Source: Escherichia coli (lineage in GTDB: Bacteria > Pseudomonadota > Gammaproteobacteria > Enterobacterales > Enterobacteriaceae). From it: DNA of 64,000 nt. Shown here one piece after another: positions 9,716 to 20,331 of the stretch. The translations under genes and the position numbers were made by a program. The notes below the pieces were generated by a model. It was not told the DNA's origin, ran no database searches, and saw only the letters and a program-made list of their open reading frames with translations. Location of the stretch: the NCBI RefSeq assembly GCF_965641715.1, contig NZ_OZ282453.1, one strand, 5' to 3'. Within the stretch, counting starts at the first letter, position 1. Each line of letters begins with the position of its first letter.

Positions 9716-12106
9716 ATGGCAATTAACAATACAGGCTCGCGACGATTACTCGTCACGCTAACAGCCCTTTTTGCAGCGCTTTGCGGGCTGTATCTACTCA
9801 TTGGCGGAGGCTGGCTGGTCGCGATTGGCGGCTCCTGGTACTACCCTATCGCTGGCCTTGTGATGCTCGGCGTCGCCTGGATGCTGTGGCGCAGTAAACG
9901 CGCCGCGCTTTGGCTATACGCAGCCCTGCTGCTCGGCACCATGATTTGGGGCGTCTGGGAAGTTGGTTTCGACTTCTGGGCGCTGACTCCGCGCAGCGAT
10001 ATTCTGGTCTTCTTCGGCATCTGGCTGATCCTGCCGTTTGTCTGGCGTCGCCTGGTCATTCCTGCCAGCGGCGCAGTTGCTGCACTGGTGGTGGCACTGC
10101 TGATTAGCGGTGGTATCCTGACCTGGGCAGGATTTAACGATCCGCAGGAAATCAACGGCACCTTAAGCGCCGATGCCACACCTGCTGAAGCTATCTCCCC
10201 CGTTGCCGATCAGGACTGGCCTGCCTATGGTCGTAATCAGGAAGGTCAACGCTTTTCACCTCTGAAACAAATTAACGCCGATAACGTCCATAATCTGAAA
10301 GAAGCCTGGGTGTTCCGTACTGGCGATGTGAAGCAGCCGAACGATCCGGGCGAAATCACCAATGAAGTGACGCCGATTAAAGTGGGCGACACCCTTTACC
10401 TGTGTACCGCTCACCAGCGCCTGTTTGCGCTCGATGCCGCCAGCGGCAAAGAGAAATGGCATTACGATCCTGAGCTGAAAACTAACGAGTCTTTCCAGCA
10501 CGTAACCTGCCGTGGCGTCTCTTATCATGAAGCCAAAGCAGAAACGGCTTCGCCGGAAGTGATGGCGGATTGCCCGCGTCGTATCATTCTTCCGGTCAAT
10601 GATGGTCGACTGATTGCGATTAACGCTGAAAACGGCAAACTGTGCGAAACCTTCGCCAATAAAGGCGTGCTCAATCTGCAAAGCAATATGCCAGACACCA
10701 AACCGGGTCTGTATGAACCGACTTCGCCACCGATTATCACCGATAAAACCATCGTGATGGCAGGTTCAGTTACCGATAACTTCTCAACCCGCGAAACGTC
10801 TGGCGTGATCCGTGGTTTTGATGTCAACACCGGGGAGCTGCTGTGGGCTTTTGATCCGGGCGCGAAAGATCCGAACGCAATCCCGTCTGACGAACACACC
10901 TTTACCTTTAACTCGCCAAACTCGTGGGCACCAGCGGCCTATGACGCGAAGCTGGATCTGGTGTATCTGCCGATGGGCGTGACCACGCCGGATATCTGGG
11001 GCGGTAACCGCACACCGGAACAGGAACGTTATGCCAGCTCGATTCTGGCGCTGAATGCCACAACCGGGAAATTGGCGTGGAGCTACCAGACCGTTCACCA
11101 CGACCTGTGGGATATGGATCTTCCGGCACAGCCGACGCTGGCGGACATCACCGTTAATGGTCAGAAAGTGCCAGTTATTTACGCTCCGGCGAAAACCGGC
11201 AACATTTTTGTGCTCGATCGTCGTAATGGCGAACTGGTGGTTCCGGCACCGGAAAAACCAGTTCCCCAAGGTGCTGCCAAAGGCGATTACGTTACCCCTA
11301 CTCAACCATTCTCGGAACTGAGCTTCCGTCCGACGAAAGATTTGAGCGGTGCGGATATGTGGGGAGCCACCATGTTTGACCAACTGGTGTGCCGCGTGAT
11401 GTTCCACCAGATGCGCTATGAAGGCATTTTCACGCCGCCATCTGAACAGGGCACGCTGGTCTTCCCGGGTAACCTGGGAATGTTTGAATGGGGCGGGATT
11501 TCCGTTGATCCAAATCGTGAAGTGGCGATTGCCAACCCAATGGCACTGCCGTTTGTTTCGAAACTGATCCCACGCGGTCCGGGTAACCCGATGGAGCAGC
11601 CGAAAGATGCCAAAGGCACGGGTACGGAATCCGGCATTCAGCCACAGTACGGCGTACCGTATGGTGTCACGCTCAACCCGTTCCTCTCACCATTTGGTCT
11701 GCCATGTAAACAGCCAGCATGGGGTTATATCTCGGCGCTGGATCTGAAAACTAATGAAGTGGTATGGAAGAAACGTATTGGTACGCCGCAGGACAGTATG
11801 CCGTTCCCGATGCCTGTACCGGTGCCGTTCAATATGGGTATGCCGATGCTGGGCGGGCCAATCTCCACGGCGGGTAACGTGCTGTTTATCGCCGCTACGG
11901 CAGATAACTACCTGCGCGCTTACAACATGAGCAACGGTGAAAAACTGTGGCAGGGTCGTTTACCAGCGGGTGGTCAGGCGACGCCAATGACCTATGAAGT
12001 GAATGGTAAGCAGTATGTGGTGATCTCCGCAGGCGGTCACGGTTCATTTGGTACGAAGATGGGCGACTATATTGTAGCTTATGCCCTGCCGGATGATGTG
12101 AATTAA
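9716..12106 (+). CDS. gcd: Membrane-bound PQQ-dependent glucose dehydrogenase
   Basis: 796 aa from MAINNTGSRR...; N-terminal transmembrane helices followed by a PQQ beta-propeller domain. Confidence 0.93.
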   Translation: MAINNTGSRRLLVTLTALFAALCGLYLLIGGGWLVAIGGSWYYPIAGLVMLGVAWMLWRSKRAALWLYAALLLGTMIWGVWEVGFDFWALTPRSDILVFFGIWLILPFVWRRLVIPASGAVAALVVALLISGGILTWAGFNDPQEINGTLSADATPAEAISPVADQDWPAYGRNQEGQRFSPLKQINADNVHNLKEAWVFRTGDVKQPNDPGEITNEVTPIKVGDTLYLCTAHQRLFALDAASGKEKWHYDPELKTNESFQHVTCRGVSYHEAKAETASPEVMADCPRRIILPVNDGRLIAINAENGKLCETFANKGVLNLQSNMPDTKPGLYEPTSPPIITDKTIVMAGSVTDNFSTRETSGVIRGFDVNTGELLWAFDPGAKDPNAIPSDEHTFTFNSPNSWAPAAYDAKLDLVYLPMGVTTPDIWGGNRTPEQERYASSILALNATTGKLAWSYQTVHHDLWDMDLPAQPTLADITVNGQKVPVIYAPAKTGNIFVLDRRNGELVVPAPEKPVPQGAAKGDYVTPTQPFSELSFRPTKDLSGADMWGATMFDQLVCRVMFHQMRYEGIFTPPSEQGTLVFPGNLGMFEWGGISVDPNREVAIANPMALPFVSKLIPRGPGNPMEQPKDAKGTGTESGIQPQYGVPYGVTLNPFLSPFGLPCKQPAWGYISALDLKTNEVVWKKRIGTPQDSMPFPMPVPVPFNMGMPMLGGPISTAGNVLFIAATADNYLRAYNMSNGEKLWQGRLPAGGQATPMTYEVNGKQYVVISAGGHGSFGTKMGDYIVAYALPDDVN

Positions 12107-12144
12107 GATTTGCTCATATTGCTGTCAAAGTGCGCTTTGTTCAT

Positions 12145-12242
12145 GCCGGATGCGGCGTGAACGCCTTATCCGGCCTACAAAACCCTTCAAATTCAATAAA
12201 TTGAAGAGTTAACGTAGGCCTGATAAGCGTAGCGCATCAGGC
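12145..12242. repeat. BIME: two REP palindromic units in inverted orientation
   Basis: gccggatgcggcgtgaacgccttatccggcctac (12145-12178) and gtaggcctgataagcgtagcgcatcaggc (12214-12242) match the E. coli REP consensus. Confidence 0.85.
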
Positions 12243-12259
12243 AATTTCGTATTTATCAT

Positions 12260-12778
12260 TTACTCATCCGAAAATTTCAGCGACAGGAGTGCATTTTTCA
12301 TTAGTGTCTGATACTGCGTAACGGCATTTTCAGGCATAGAAACCTCCCCCGTGAGCAGCTTACCGTCCCGCGATGTAATCAACCTTAAATTATTGACTTT
12401 CCCTGGTATCAAACTATATGAAAGCAGCCATGCTTTATGCCCATCCACCACCACTTCTTCAGCCTGGGGAGCAGAATTTTTCAGGGAGTTAAGCGTTATT
12501 TCCTTGAATCTATCCAGGTGCTCGGCAGGCAAAGACTGATGCCATTGCGTAATATTAAGATGTACCCGTTTTACTTCATCGTAATAATTTGCCTGTGGTT
12601 CCTGGGGCTGTTGCAGTGTCGCTGCCATTTCCTCTGACATAACATGAAGATTTTCGGGGATTGCGATACTCAATTTAAAGTTTGGGAGAGACTGGCTTTT
12701 CAGCTTTATGTCGGCGTTAGCATTCGCAACCATAAACGAAAGCAGAAACGTCAGAATCAGATGTCGAAACGTAATCAT
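12260..12778 (-). CDS. Hypothetical secreted protein (172-aa precursor, Sec signal peptide with predicted cleavage after ANA)
   Basis: ORF with start MITFRHLILTFLLSFMVANANA preceded by an AAGGGA RBS-like motif; cysteine-free mature part, no recognisable motif; same strand as and 178 bp downstream of cueO. Confidence 0.55.
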   Translation of the reverse strand: MITFRHLILTFLLSFMVANANADIKLKSQSLPNFKLSIAIPENLHVMSEEMAATLQQPQEPQANYYDEVKRVHLNITQWHQSLPAEHLDRFKEITLNSLKNSAPQAEEVVVDGHKAWLLSYSLIPGKVNNLRLITSRDGKLLTGEVSMPENAVTQYQTLMKNALLSLKFSDE

Positions 12779-12956
12779 AAATTTCCCTTTTTGATTATTG
12801 TGGTGGTGCCTGCAAGGTATTACGACACAAAACACGTAATCAGGTGCCCCAGCATTCCATTGTGTTTGCCCAGTTTATGCTTTTCAGACTTATAATCTCT
12901 CACCTGAGACTATTTTTAAGAATTTCGCCTGTATTACAAAATACAGGCGTCGCACG

Positions 12957-14510
12957 TTATACAGTGGTAAACCCTAACATCATCCCCGTATCTTCATGCT
13001 CCAGCAGATGGCAGTGCGCCATATAAGCATGTTCTTTCGGTGCGTCGTGATTAAACTTCACCAGCACTTCACTGACATTGCCTTCTACCTTAACGGTATC
13101 TTTCCAGCCCGCGCGATGAGCCGCTGGCGGTTTGCCATTTTCTGATAAGATACGGAACTGCGTGCCGTGAATATGGAACGGATGCAGCATCATGTCGCCC
13201 ACGCCAGAGATAACCCAACGTTCGTACTGCCCTTTCGCCGCCGCAAACATCGGCTTATTCATATCAAACGCCTGACCGTTGATTTTATTGGCATGGTGGA
13301 AATCGAACTTCCCGCTGTGGTTCATATGATTCATATTGCCGTGCCCCATATGGCCCATCATCTGGCTGTGATCCATTCCGGCCATCGCCTGATCGCCATA
13401 TTTCTCCATTAGCATCTGCATCCCCATCATATCGAGCATCGGGTCCATAGAAAGTTGCAGCTTGCGTACCGTCAGCCCTTCCAGCGAAGGTAACGCAGGC
13501 AGGCTACTTAATGTGTCTGGCAAAGCACCGGAGGCACTAATAGCAATCGGCTGAATCCGCATTACCGGATGCGGCTTGTCAAACGGTGCAATCGCCATCC
13601 CCATCTGGCTGACCGGCAGCGTCACCAGGTCAAAGGGTTTGTTGTCGTTAACCTCCACCAACACTTCAAAACGCTCGCCCATCAGCACCGGCAGCTCGTT
13701 CACCTTCACCGGTTCAGGTAGCAGACCACCGTCGCTGGCAATCACATAAAGCGGGCGATTGTCGCTGGTGGCGAAATTGAGCGAGCGGGCATTACAGCCA
13801 TTGAGCAAACGCAGGCGCAGCCAACCACGCGGGGCAGCGTGTTGCGGGTAGATTGCACCGTTGGTCAGCAACGTATCGCCAAACCAGCCCACGGCGGCGG
13901 TCATCACATCCAGTTGATAATCAATCTGCCCGTCGGCGCTAAATTTCTTATCCTGAACGATCACCGGAACATCATCGATACCCCACTGTTTTGGCAGCAT
14001 TAATTTCAGGATCTCGTCATCTTCAATCACCACCAGACCAGCCAGCCCCATCGCCACCTGTCGCCCGGTCTTGCCATGTTGATGTGGATGGAACCAGCAG
14101 GTAGCGGCAGGTTGATCAACGTTCAAAGTCACCGAGCGCTTGCCACCTGGCGGAATAATTCCCTGTGGGCCGCCGTCGACTTCACCCGGTACTTCCAGCC
14201 CGTGCCAGTGCAACGTCGTCTCTTCCGTCAGTTGGTTATAGATATCAACCGTTACCGCTTTGCCGCGCTGTAATTTCACCGCCGGCCCCAGCAGATTGCC
14301 GTTATAGCCCCAGGTAGTTGCAGTTTTCTCGCCAAAGGTAGACTGACCTGCGCCAATAGTTAACTGAATGCGATTACGGGCATCGGTCGTGAGCAAATCA
14401 GGGATCGGTAACGTTGGGCGTTCCGCCGCAAAGACTGCACGGCTCCACAGTGGCAAGGCTGAAGCCACACCCAGTGCGACGGAATATTTCAAGAAATCAC
14501 GACGTTGCAT
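12957..14510 (-). CDS. cueO: Multicopper oxidase CueO (Tat-secreted)
   Basis: Twin-arginine signal [10 protein letters not shown]; copper-ligand motifs HWHG and [13 protein letters not shown]; Met-rich insert. Confidence 0.95.
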   Translation of the reverse strand: MQRRDFLKYSVALGVASALPLWSRAVFAAERPTLPIPDLLTTDARNRIQLTIGAGQSTFGEKTATTWGYNGNLLGPAVKLQRGKAVTVDIYNQLTEETTLHWHGLEVPGEVDGGPQGIIPPGGKRSVTLNVDQPAATCWFHPHQHGKTGRQVAMGLAGLVVIEDDEILKLMLPKQWGIDDVPVIVQDKKFSADGQIDYQLDVMTAAVGWFGDTLLTNGAIYPQHAAPRGWLRLRLLNGCNARSLNFATSDNRPLYVIASDGGLLPEPVKVNELPVLMGERFEVLVEVNDNKPFDLVTLPVSQMGMAIAPFDKPHPVMRIQPIAISASGALPDTLSSLPALPSLEGLTVRKLQLSMDPMLDMMGMQMLMEKYGDQAMAGMDHSQMMGHMGHGNMNHMNHSGKFDFHHANKINGQAFDMNKPMFAAAKGQYERWVISGVGDMMLHPFHIHGTQFRILSENGKPPAAHRAGWKDTVKVEGNVSEVLVKFNHDAPKEHAYMAHCHLLEHEDTGMMLGFTTV

Positions 14511-14675
14511 AGTTATTTCCTTATTCTTAAGCAGGCGAAACAAAATCAAACGTTGAGCATAGTCCTTCCCCTTACGGGAAGGTCAAGCCGCAGACACAAT
14601 TTAATCGACAATAATGGTCGTCGCCTCGCTCGCAGTGTGCTAACGTTTATCTTCTTTAAGCCCCTGGTAGAAGCA

Positions 14676-15023
14676 ATGAAGACGTTTTTCAGAACAGTGT
14701 TATTCGGCAGCCTGATGGCCGTTTGCGCAAACAGTTACGCGCTCAGCGAGTCTGAAGCCGAAGATATGGCCGATTTAACGGCAGTTTTTGTCTTTCTGAA
14801 GAACGATTGTGGTTACCAGAACTTACCTAACGGGCAAATTCGTCGCGCACTGGTCTTTTTCGCCCAGCAAAACCAGTGGGATCTCAGTAATTACGACACC
14901 TTCGACATGAAAGCTCTCGGTGAAGACAGCTACCGCGATCTCAGCGGCATTGGCATTCCCGTCGCTAAAAAATGCAAAGCCCTGGCCCGCGATTCCTTAA
15001 GCCTGCTTGCCTACGTCAAATAA
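14676..15023 (+). CDS. yacC: Periplasmic protein YacC (PulS/OutS-like)
   Basis: 115 aa from MKTFFRTVLFGSLMAV... with signal peptide; divergent from cueO and upstream of speE. Confidence 0.85.
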   Translation: MKTFFRTVLFGSLMAVCANSYALSESEAEDMADLTAVFVFLKNDCGYQNLPNGQIRRALVFFAQQNQWDLSNYDTFDMKALGEDSYRDLSGIGIPVAKKCKALARDSLSLLAYVK

Positions 15024-15128
15024 TCCCTTATACCTTTTTGTAGAAATATTGACCGTGCATCCGCGGTCAATGTTAGCTATTATGTTGCGCCCTTTTTTTA
15101 CGGGTGTTAACAAAGGAGGTATCAACCC

Positions 15129-15995
15129 ATGGCCGAAAAAAAACAGTGGCATGAAACGCTACACGACCAGTTTGGGCAGTACTTTGCGGTAGATAACGTT
15201 CTGTATCATGAAAAGACCGATCACCAGGATCTGATCATTTTTGAGAACGCTGCATTTGGTCGCGTAATGGCGCTGGATGGCGTAGTACAAACCACCGAGC
15301 GCGACGAGTTTATCTATCATGAGATGATGACCCATGTTCCGCTACTGGCCCACGGTCACGCGAAACATGTGCTGATTATCGGCGGCGGCGACGGTGCCAT
15401 GCTGCGTGAAGTAACCCGACATAAAAACGTTGAGTCAATCACGATGGTGGAAATCGATGCGGGTGTCGTATCGTTCTGCCGTCAGTATCTACCCAACCAT
15501 AACGCCGGTAGCTACGACGATCCGCGCTTTAAGCTGATGATCGATGATGGCGTCAATTTCGTTAATCAAACCAGCCAGACCTTTGATGTCATTATCTCCG
15601 ACTGCACCGATCCTATCGGTCCCGGCGAAAGCCTTTTCACTTCGGCATTTTATGAAGGCTGCAAACGTTGCCTGAATCCTGGCGGTATCTTCGTCGCACA
15701 AAACGGCGTCTGCTTTTTACAGCAGGAAGAAGCCATCGACAGCCATCGCAAACTCAGCCATTACTTCAGCGACGTTGGCTTTTATCAGGCGGCGATCCCG
15801 ACCTATTACGGCGGTATCATGACTTTTGCATGGGCGACAGATAACGACGCCTTACGCCATCTCTCAACCGAAATTATTCAGGCGCGTTTTCTCGCCTCTG
15901 GCCTGAAATGCCGTTATTACAATCCGGCAGTCCATACGGCAGCTTTTGCCTTACCCCAGTATCTGCAAGACGCACTGGCTTCACAGCCGTCCTAA
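15129..15995 (+). CDS. speE: Spermidine synthase
   Basis: 288 aa; aminopropyltransferase motif VLIIGGGDG. Confidence 0.95.
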   Translation: MAEKKQWHETLHDQFGQYFAVDNVLYHEKTDHQDLIIFENAAFGRVMALDGVVQTTERDEFIYHEMMTHVPLLAHGHAKHVLIIGGGDGAMLREVTRHKNVESITMVEIDAGVVSFCRQYLPNHNAGSYDDPRFKLMIDDGVNFVNQTSQTFDVIISDCTDPIGPGESLFTSAFYEGCKRCLNPGGIFVAQNGVCFLQQEEAIDSHRKLSHYFSDVGFYQAAIPTYYGGIMTFAWATDNDALRHLSTEIIQARFLASGLKCRYYNPAVHTAAFALPQYLQDALASQPS

Positions 15996-16010
15996 GGAGA
16001 AGATAAGAAA

Positions 16011-16805
16011 TTGAAAAAACTGAAACTGCATGGCTTTAATAATCTGACCAAAAGTCTGAGTTTTTGTATTTACGATATCTGCTACGCCAAAACTGCCGAA
16101 GAGCGCGACGGTTATATTGCTTATATCGATGAACTCTATAATGCCAACCGTCTGACCGAAATCCTGTCAGAAACCTGTTCCATTATCGGGGCCAATATTC
16201 TTAACATCGCCCGCCAGGATTACGAACCACAGGGTGCCAGCGTCACTATTCTGGTGAGTGAAGAACCGGTCGACCCGAAACTTATCGACAAAACAGAACA
16301 CCCCGGCCCACTGCCAGAAACGGTCGTTGCCCATCTCGATAAAAGTCATATTTGCGTACATACCTACCCAGAAAGTCATCCTGAAGGCGGTTTATGTACC
16401 TTCCGCGCCGATATTGAAGTCTCTACCTGCGGCGTGATTTCTCCGCTGAAGGCGCTGAATTACCTGATCCACCAGCTTGAGTCCGATATCGTAACCATTG
16501 ATTATCGCGTGCGCGGTTTTACCCGCGACATTAACGGTATGAAGCACTTTATCGACCATGAGATTAATTCGATTCAGAACTTTATGTCTGACGATATGAA
16601 GGCGCTGTATGACATGGTGGATGTGAACGTCTATCAGGAAAATATCTTCCATACCAAGATGTTGCTTAAAGAGTTCGACCTTAAGCACTACATGTTCCAC
16701 ACCAAACCGGAAGACTTAACCGACAGCGAGCGCCAGGAAATTACCGCTGCGCTGTGGAAAGAAATGCGCGAGATTTATTACGGGCGCAATATGCCAGCTG
16801 TTTAA
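16011..16805 (+). CDS. speD: S-adenosylmethionine decarboxylase proenzyme
   Basis: 264 aa, TTG start 15 nt after speE; full-length match to SpeD. Confidence 0.95.
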
Positions 16806-16810
16806 CGGCT

Positions 16811-16836
16811 CTGGCGGAGCTCCCAGGCTCCGCCAG
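16811..16836. terminator. Hairpin ctggcggagc-tcccag-gctccgccag between the convergent speD and yacL genes (bidirectional terminator)
   Basis: Perfect 10-bp inverted repeat followed by ATTTATTT. Confidence 0.6.
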
Positions 16837-16842
16837 ATTTAT

Positions 16843-17205
16843 TTACTTCTGCTGCACGAAATTGCGGTAAGCCGCCACCACCTGCAGAAAATCCTCAACG
16901 CCGCATAGCGACAGGCTTTCTTCGTCGTAGTAGTTCATCCCCTCTTCCATTTCATCGCCAGCGAATTCCAGTTGATTGGCGCGAACCATCACCTCTTCGC
17001 CGTCCATCCATAGCGTATACTCATGCCCTGCCCGCTGCCAGGAACGTTCGCTACCTTTCAGTGCGTGCGCTGCTTGTTCCACTTCATCAAGCAAGGCCAG
17101 GTTTTCTTTCACCTCTTCATTAAACCAGTGCCCGACCACTTCATGCCCCATGGACATACGCACCTTTACCACTCCGGTAATATCGCGCAGAAATTCGTAA
17201 TCCAT
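16843..17205 (-). CDS. yacL: UPF0231 family protein YacL
   Basis: 120 aa from [15 protein letters not shown]...; located between speD and acnB. Confidence 0.85.
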
Positions 17206-17311
17206 AGTGTGTTCCTCTGCTCCCGGCAATGCGCCGAAATCGCATTGCGCCATTGATGTAATTATCGCAGCCTTACCGGAGAAAAACAGCGGAACGGCGA
17301 TGGTTTAGAAA

Positions 17312-17345
17312 TAAAAAATGCCCGGGAATCTCATTCACCGGGCAT
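17312..17345 (-). terminator. Intrinsic terminator downstream of acnB (stem atgcccgg / ccgggcat with a T-run on the minus strand)
   Basis: Hairpin plus TTTTTT tract about 35 nt after the acnB stop. Confidence 0.6.
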
Positions 17346-17379
17346 TGTGTCGTTTATGCGCAGCGCGTGCGCTGACTTT

Positions 17380-19977
17380 TTAAACTGCAGTCTGGAAAAT
17401 CACACCATCGGCTTTTTCAGTGTACTGAGAAAGCTGGTTGAAGTTCAGATAACGGTAAGTATCAACGGCTGTTTTATCTACCTGCGCCACGTAGGTCTGG
17501 TACTCTTCCGGCGTCGGCAGTTTGCCAATCAGCGCCGCAACAGCAGCCAGTTCCGCAGAAGCCAGGAAGACATTCGCGCCAGTACCCAGACGGTTCGGGA
17601 AGTTACGGGTAGAGGTGGAAACCACCGTTGCACCGTCCGCCACACGCGCCTGGTTACCCATACACAGGGAACAGCCAGGGATCTCGATACGCGCACCACT
17701 CTTACCGAAGACGCTGTAGTAGCCTTCTTCGGTCAACTGTGCGGCGTCCATACGGGTTGGCGGTGCCACCCACAGGCGGGTCGGCAACTGGCCTTTATGC
17801 GCATCCAGCAGTTTACCCGCAGCACGGAAGTGACCGATGTTGGTCATGCAGGAACCGATAAACACTTCGTCGATCTTCTCACCCTGTACCGCAGACAGCG
17901 GACGCGCGTCATCCGGGTCGTTCGGAGCACACAGGATTGGCTCTTTAATATCCGCCAGATCGATGTCGATCACTGCCGCGTATTCCGCATCTGCATCGGC
18001 TTCCAGCAGCTCAGGATTAGCCAGCCATTTTTCCATGCCCTGAATACGACGTTCCAGGGTGCGACGATCGCCGTAACCTTCCGCGATCATCCACTTCAGC
18101 AGGACGATGTTAGAGTTCAGGTATTCGATGATCGGCTCTTTGTTCAGCTTGATGGTACAACCGGCAGCAGAACGCTCGGCGGACGCATCGGTCAGTTCAA
18201 ATGCCTGCTCAACTTTCAGATCCGGCAGACCTTCAATTTCCAGAATGCGACCAGAGAAGATGTTTTTCTTGCCTTTCTTCTCAACGGTCAGCAGACCTTG
18301 TTTGATCGCATACAGCGGAATGGCGTGTACCAGATCGCGCAGGGTGATGCCCGGCTGCATTTTGCCTTTGAAGCGCACCAGAACGGATTCCGGCATATCC
18401 AGCGGCATTACGCCTGTTGCGGCTGCAAATGCCACCAGACCAGAACCCGCCGGGAAAGAGATACCGATCGGGAAACGGGTATGGGAGTCACCACCGGTAC
18501 CGACGGTATCCGGCAGCAGCATACGGTTCAGCCAGGAGTGGATTACGCCGTCACCCGGACGCAGCGACACACCGCCACGGTTCATAATGAAGTCCGGCAG
18601 CGTGTGGTGCGTGTTCACGTCAACTGGCTTCGGATACGCCGCGGTGTGGCAGAAAGACTGCATCACCAGGTCAGCCGAGAAGCCCAGGCACGCCAGGTCT
18701 TTCAGTTCATCACGGGTCATCGGGCCTGTGGTGTCCTGAGAGCCTACAGAAGTCATTTTCGGTTCACAGTACGCGCCCGGACGAATGCCTTTCACGCCAC
18801 AGGCACGGCCTACCATTTTTTGCGCCAGCGAGAAGCCGCGATCGCTCTCAGCGACATCTTTCGCCTGACGGAACACATCACTGTGCGGCAGACCAAGTGC
18901 TTCACGCGCTTTGGTGGTCAGGCCACGCCCGATAATCAGCGGAATACGGCCGCCAGCACGCACTTCATCAATCAGCACGTCGGTTTTCAGTTCGAAGGTC
19001 GCCAGCAGTTCGCCTGTTTCGTGGTTACGCACTTCACCTTTGTACGGGTAAACGTCAATCACGTCGCCCATGTTCAGGTTAGAGACGTCGACTTCGATTG
19101 GCAGTGCACCCGCGTCTTCCATCGTGTTAAAGAAGATGGGTGCAATTTTACCGCCGAGGCACAAACCACCGCCGCGTTTGTTCGGCACATGTGGAATATC
19201 ATCGCCCATAAACCACAGAACGGAGTTCGTGGCGGATTTACGCGATGAACCCGTACCCACAACGTCACCGACGTACGCCAGCGGGAAACCTTTCTGTTGC
19301 AGAGCTTCAATCTGTTTGATCGGGCCAACAACACCTGGCTGGTCTGGCTCAATACCTTCCCGGGCGTTTTTCAGCATCGCCAGCGCGTGCAGTGGGATAT
19401 CCGGGCGTGACCACGCATCCGGTGCCGGAGAAAGGTCATCGGTGTTAGTTTCGCCAGTGACTTTGAAGACGGTAACGGTCAGTTTTTCAGCCAGCGCCGG
19501 GCGATTCAGGAACCATTCGGCATCCGCCCAGGACTGCATTACCTGCTTCGCATATTCGTTGCCTGCTTTCGCTTTCTCTTCTACGTCATAGAAGTTATCG
19601 AACATCAGCAGTGTGTGAGAAAGTGCTTTGGCAGCGATCGGTGCCAGTTTGGCATCATCCAGCGCGTCGATCAGCGGATGAATGTTGTAACCACCCTGCA
19701 TGGTACCCAGCAGTTCGATGGCTTTTTCCGGAGTCAGCAGAGGGGATTTGGCTTCGCCTTTAGCGATAGCAGCCAGGAAGCCTGCTTTGACATAGGCGGC
19801 TTCATCGACGCCTGGGGGAACACGGTTGGTTAACAGATCTAACAGGAATTCTTCTTCGCCCGCGGGCGGGTTTTTCAGCAGCTCTACAAGTGCGGCCATT
19901 TGGTTTGCATCCAGGGGTTTGGGCGCAATCCCCTCAGCGGCACGCTCAGCTACGTGCTTACGGTATTCTTCTAGCAC
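17380..19977 (-). CDS. acnB: Aconitate hydratase B (bifunctional aconitase / 2-methylisocitrate dehydratase)
   Basis: 865 aa using the GTG start giving [16 protein letters not shown]... (ORF-track start is an upstream extension); full-length AcnB. Confidence 0.95.
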   Translation of the reverse strand: MLEEYRKHVAERAAEGIAPKPLDANQMAALVELLKNPPAGEEEFLLDLLTNRVPPGVDEAAYVKAGFLAAIAKGEAKSPLLTPEKAIELLGTMQGGYNIHPLIDALDDAKLAPIAAKALSHTLLMFDNFYDVEEKAKAGNEYAKQVMQSWADAEWFLNRPALAEKLTVTVFKVTGETNTDDLSPAPDAWSRPDIPLHALAMLKNAREGIEPDQPGVVGPIKQIEALQQKGFPLAYVGDVVGTGSSRKSATNSVLWFMGDDIPHVPNKRGGGLCLGGKIAPIFFNTMEDAGALPIEVDVSNLNMGDVIDVYPYKGEVRNHETGELLATFELKTDVLIDEVRAGGRIPLIIGRGLTTKAREALGLPHSDVFRQAKDVAESDRGFSLAQKMVGRACGVKGIRPGAYCEPKMTSVGSQDTTGPMTRDELKDLACLGFSADLVMQSFCHTAAYPKPVDVNTHHTLPDFIMNRGGVSLRPGDGVIHSWLNRMLLPDTVGTGGDSHTRFPIGISFPAGSGLVAFAAATGVMPLDMPESVLVRFKGKMQPGITLRDLVHAIPLYAIKQGLLTVEKKGKKNIFSGRILEIEGLPDLKVEQAFELTDASAERSAAGCTIKLNKEPIIEYLNSNIVLLKWMIAEGYGDRRTLERRIQGMEKWLANPELLEADADAEYAAVIDIDLADIKEPILCAPNDPDDARPLSAVQGEKIDEVFIGSCMTNIGHFRAAGKLLDAHKGQLPTRLWVAPPTRMDAAQLTEEGYYSVFGKSGARIEIPGCSLCMGNQARVADGATVVSTSTRNFPNRLGTGANVFLASAELAAVAALIGKLPTPEEYQTYVAQVDKTAVDTYRYLNFNQLSQYTEKADGVIFQTAV

Positions 19978-20331
19978 GACGGTTCTCCTCGCTCTCATTG
20001 TCATAGTGCGGCAGGCGATTCTCTTCACGCTCCTGTGAGACAGCAGTTTGTAGGGTAAATGCCCAGTACCGCAACGGGCAGAATAGCAGGATTTTGACGA
20101 CGTGTTAATCTGTTTACAAAAAAGCAACATAAAAAAGTGGCTGAATCGTTAAGGATGGTCTAGAGATTGTTTCCCTCCGTAAAAACTTCGTTAATTCGCA
20201 TGGTGATAATCACCTTTCTTAACGAATCCCAAGATTAGTCAAAATTTAAACTACCGCCTCTTTATACTCGGATTCACAGCACCTGCGGGTGGCAGTTCGC
20301 CGACCATTGCGATTTCCTTGAGATCCGAATT

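Noticed and set aside
17347-19248. 633-aa plus-strand ORF antisense to acnB
   Set aside because: It lies entirely inside the well-supported acnB gene on the opposite strand and its product is low-complexity (R/Q/T/H-rich) with no recognisable domain; it is a typical artefact of an open antisense frame in a codon-biased gene.
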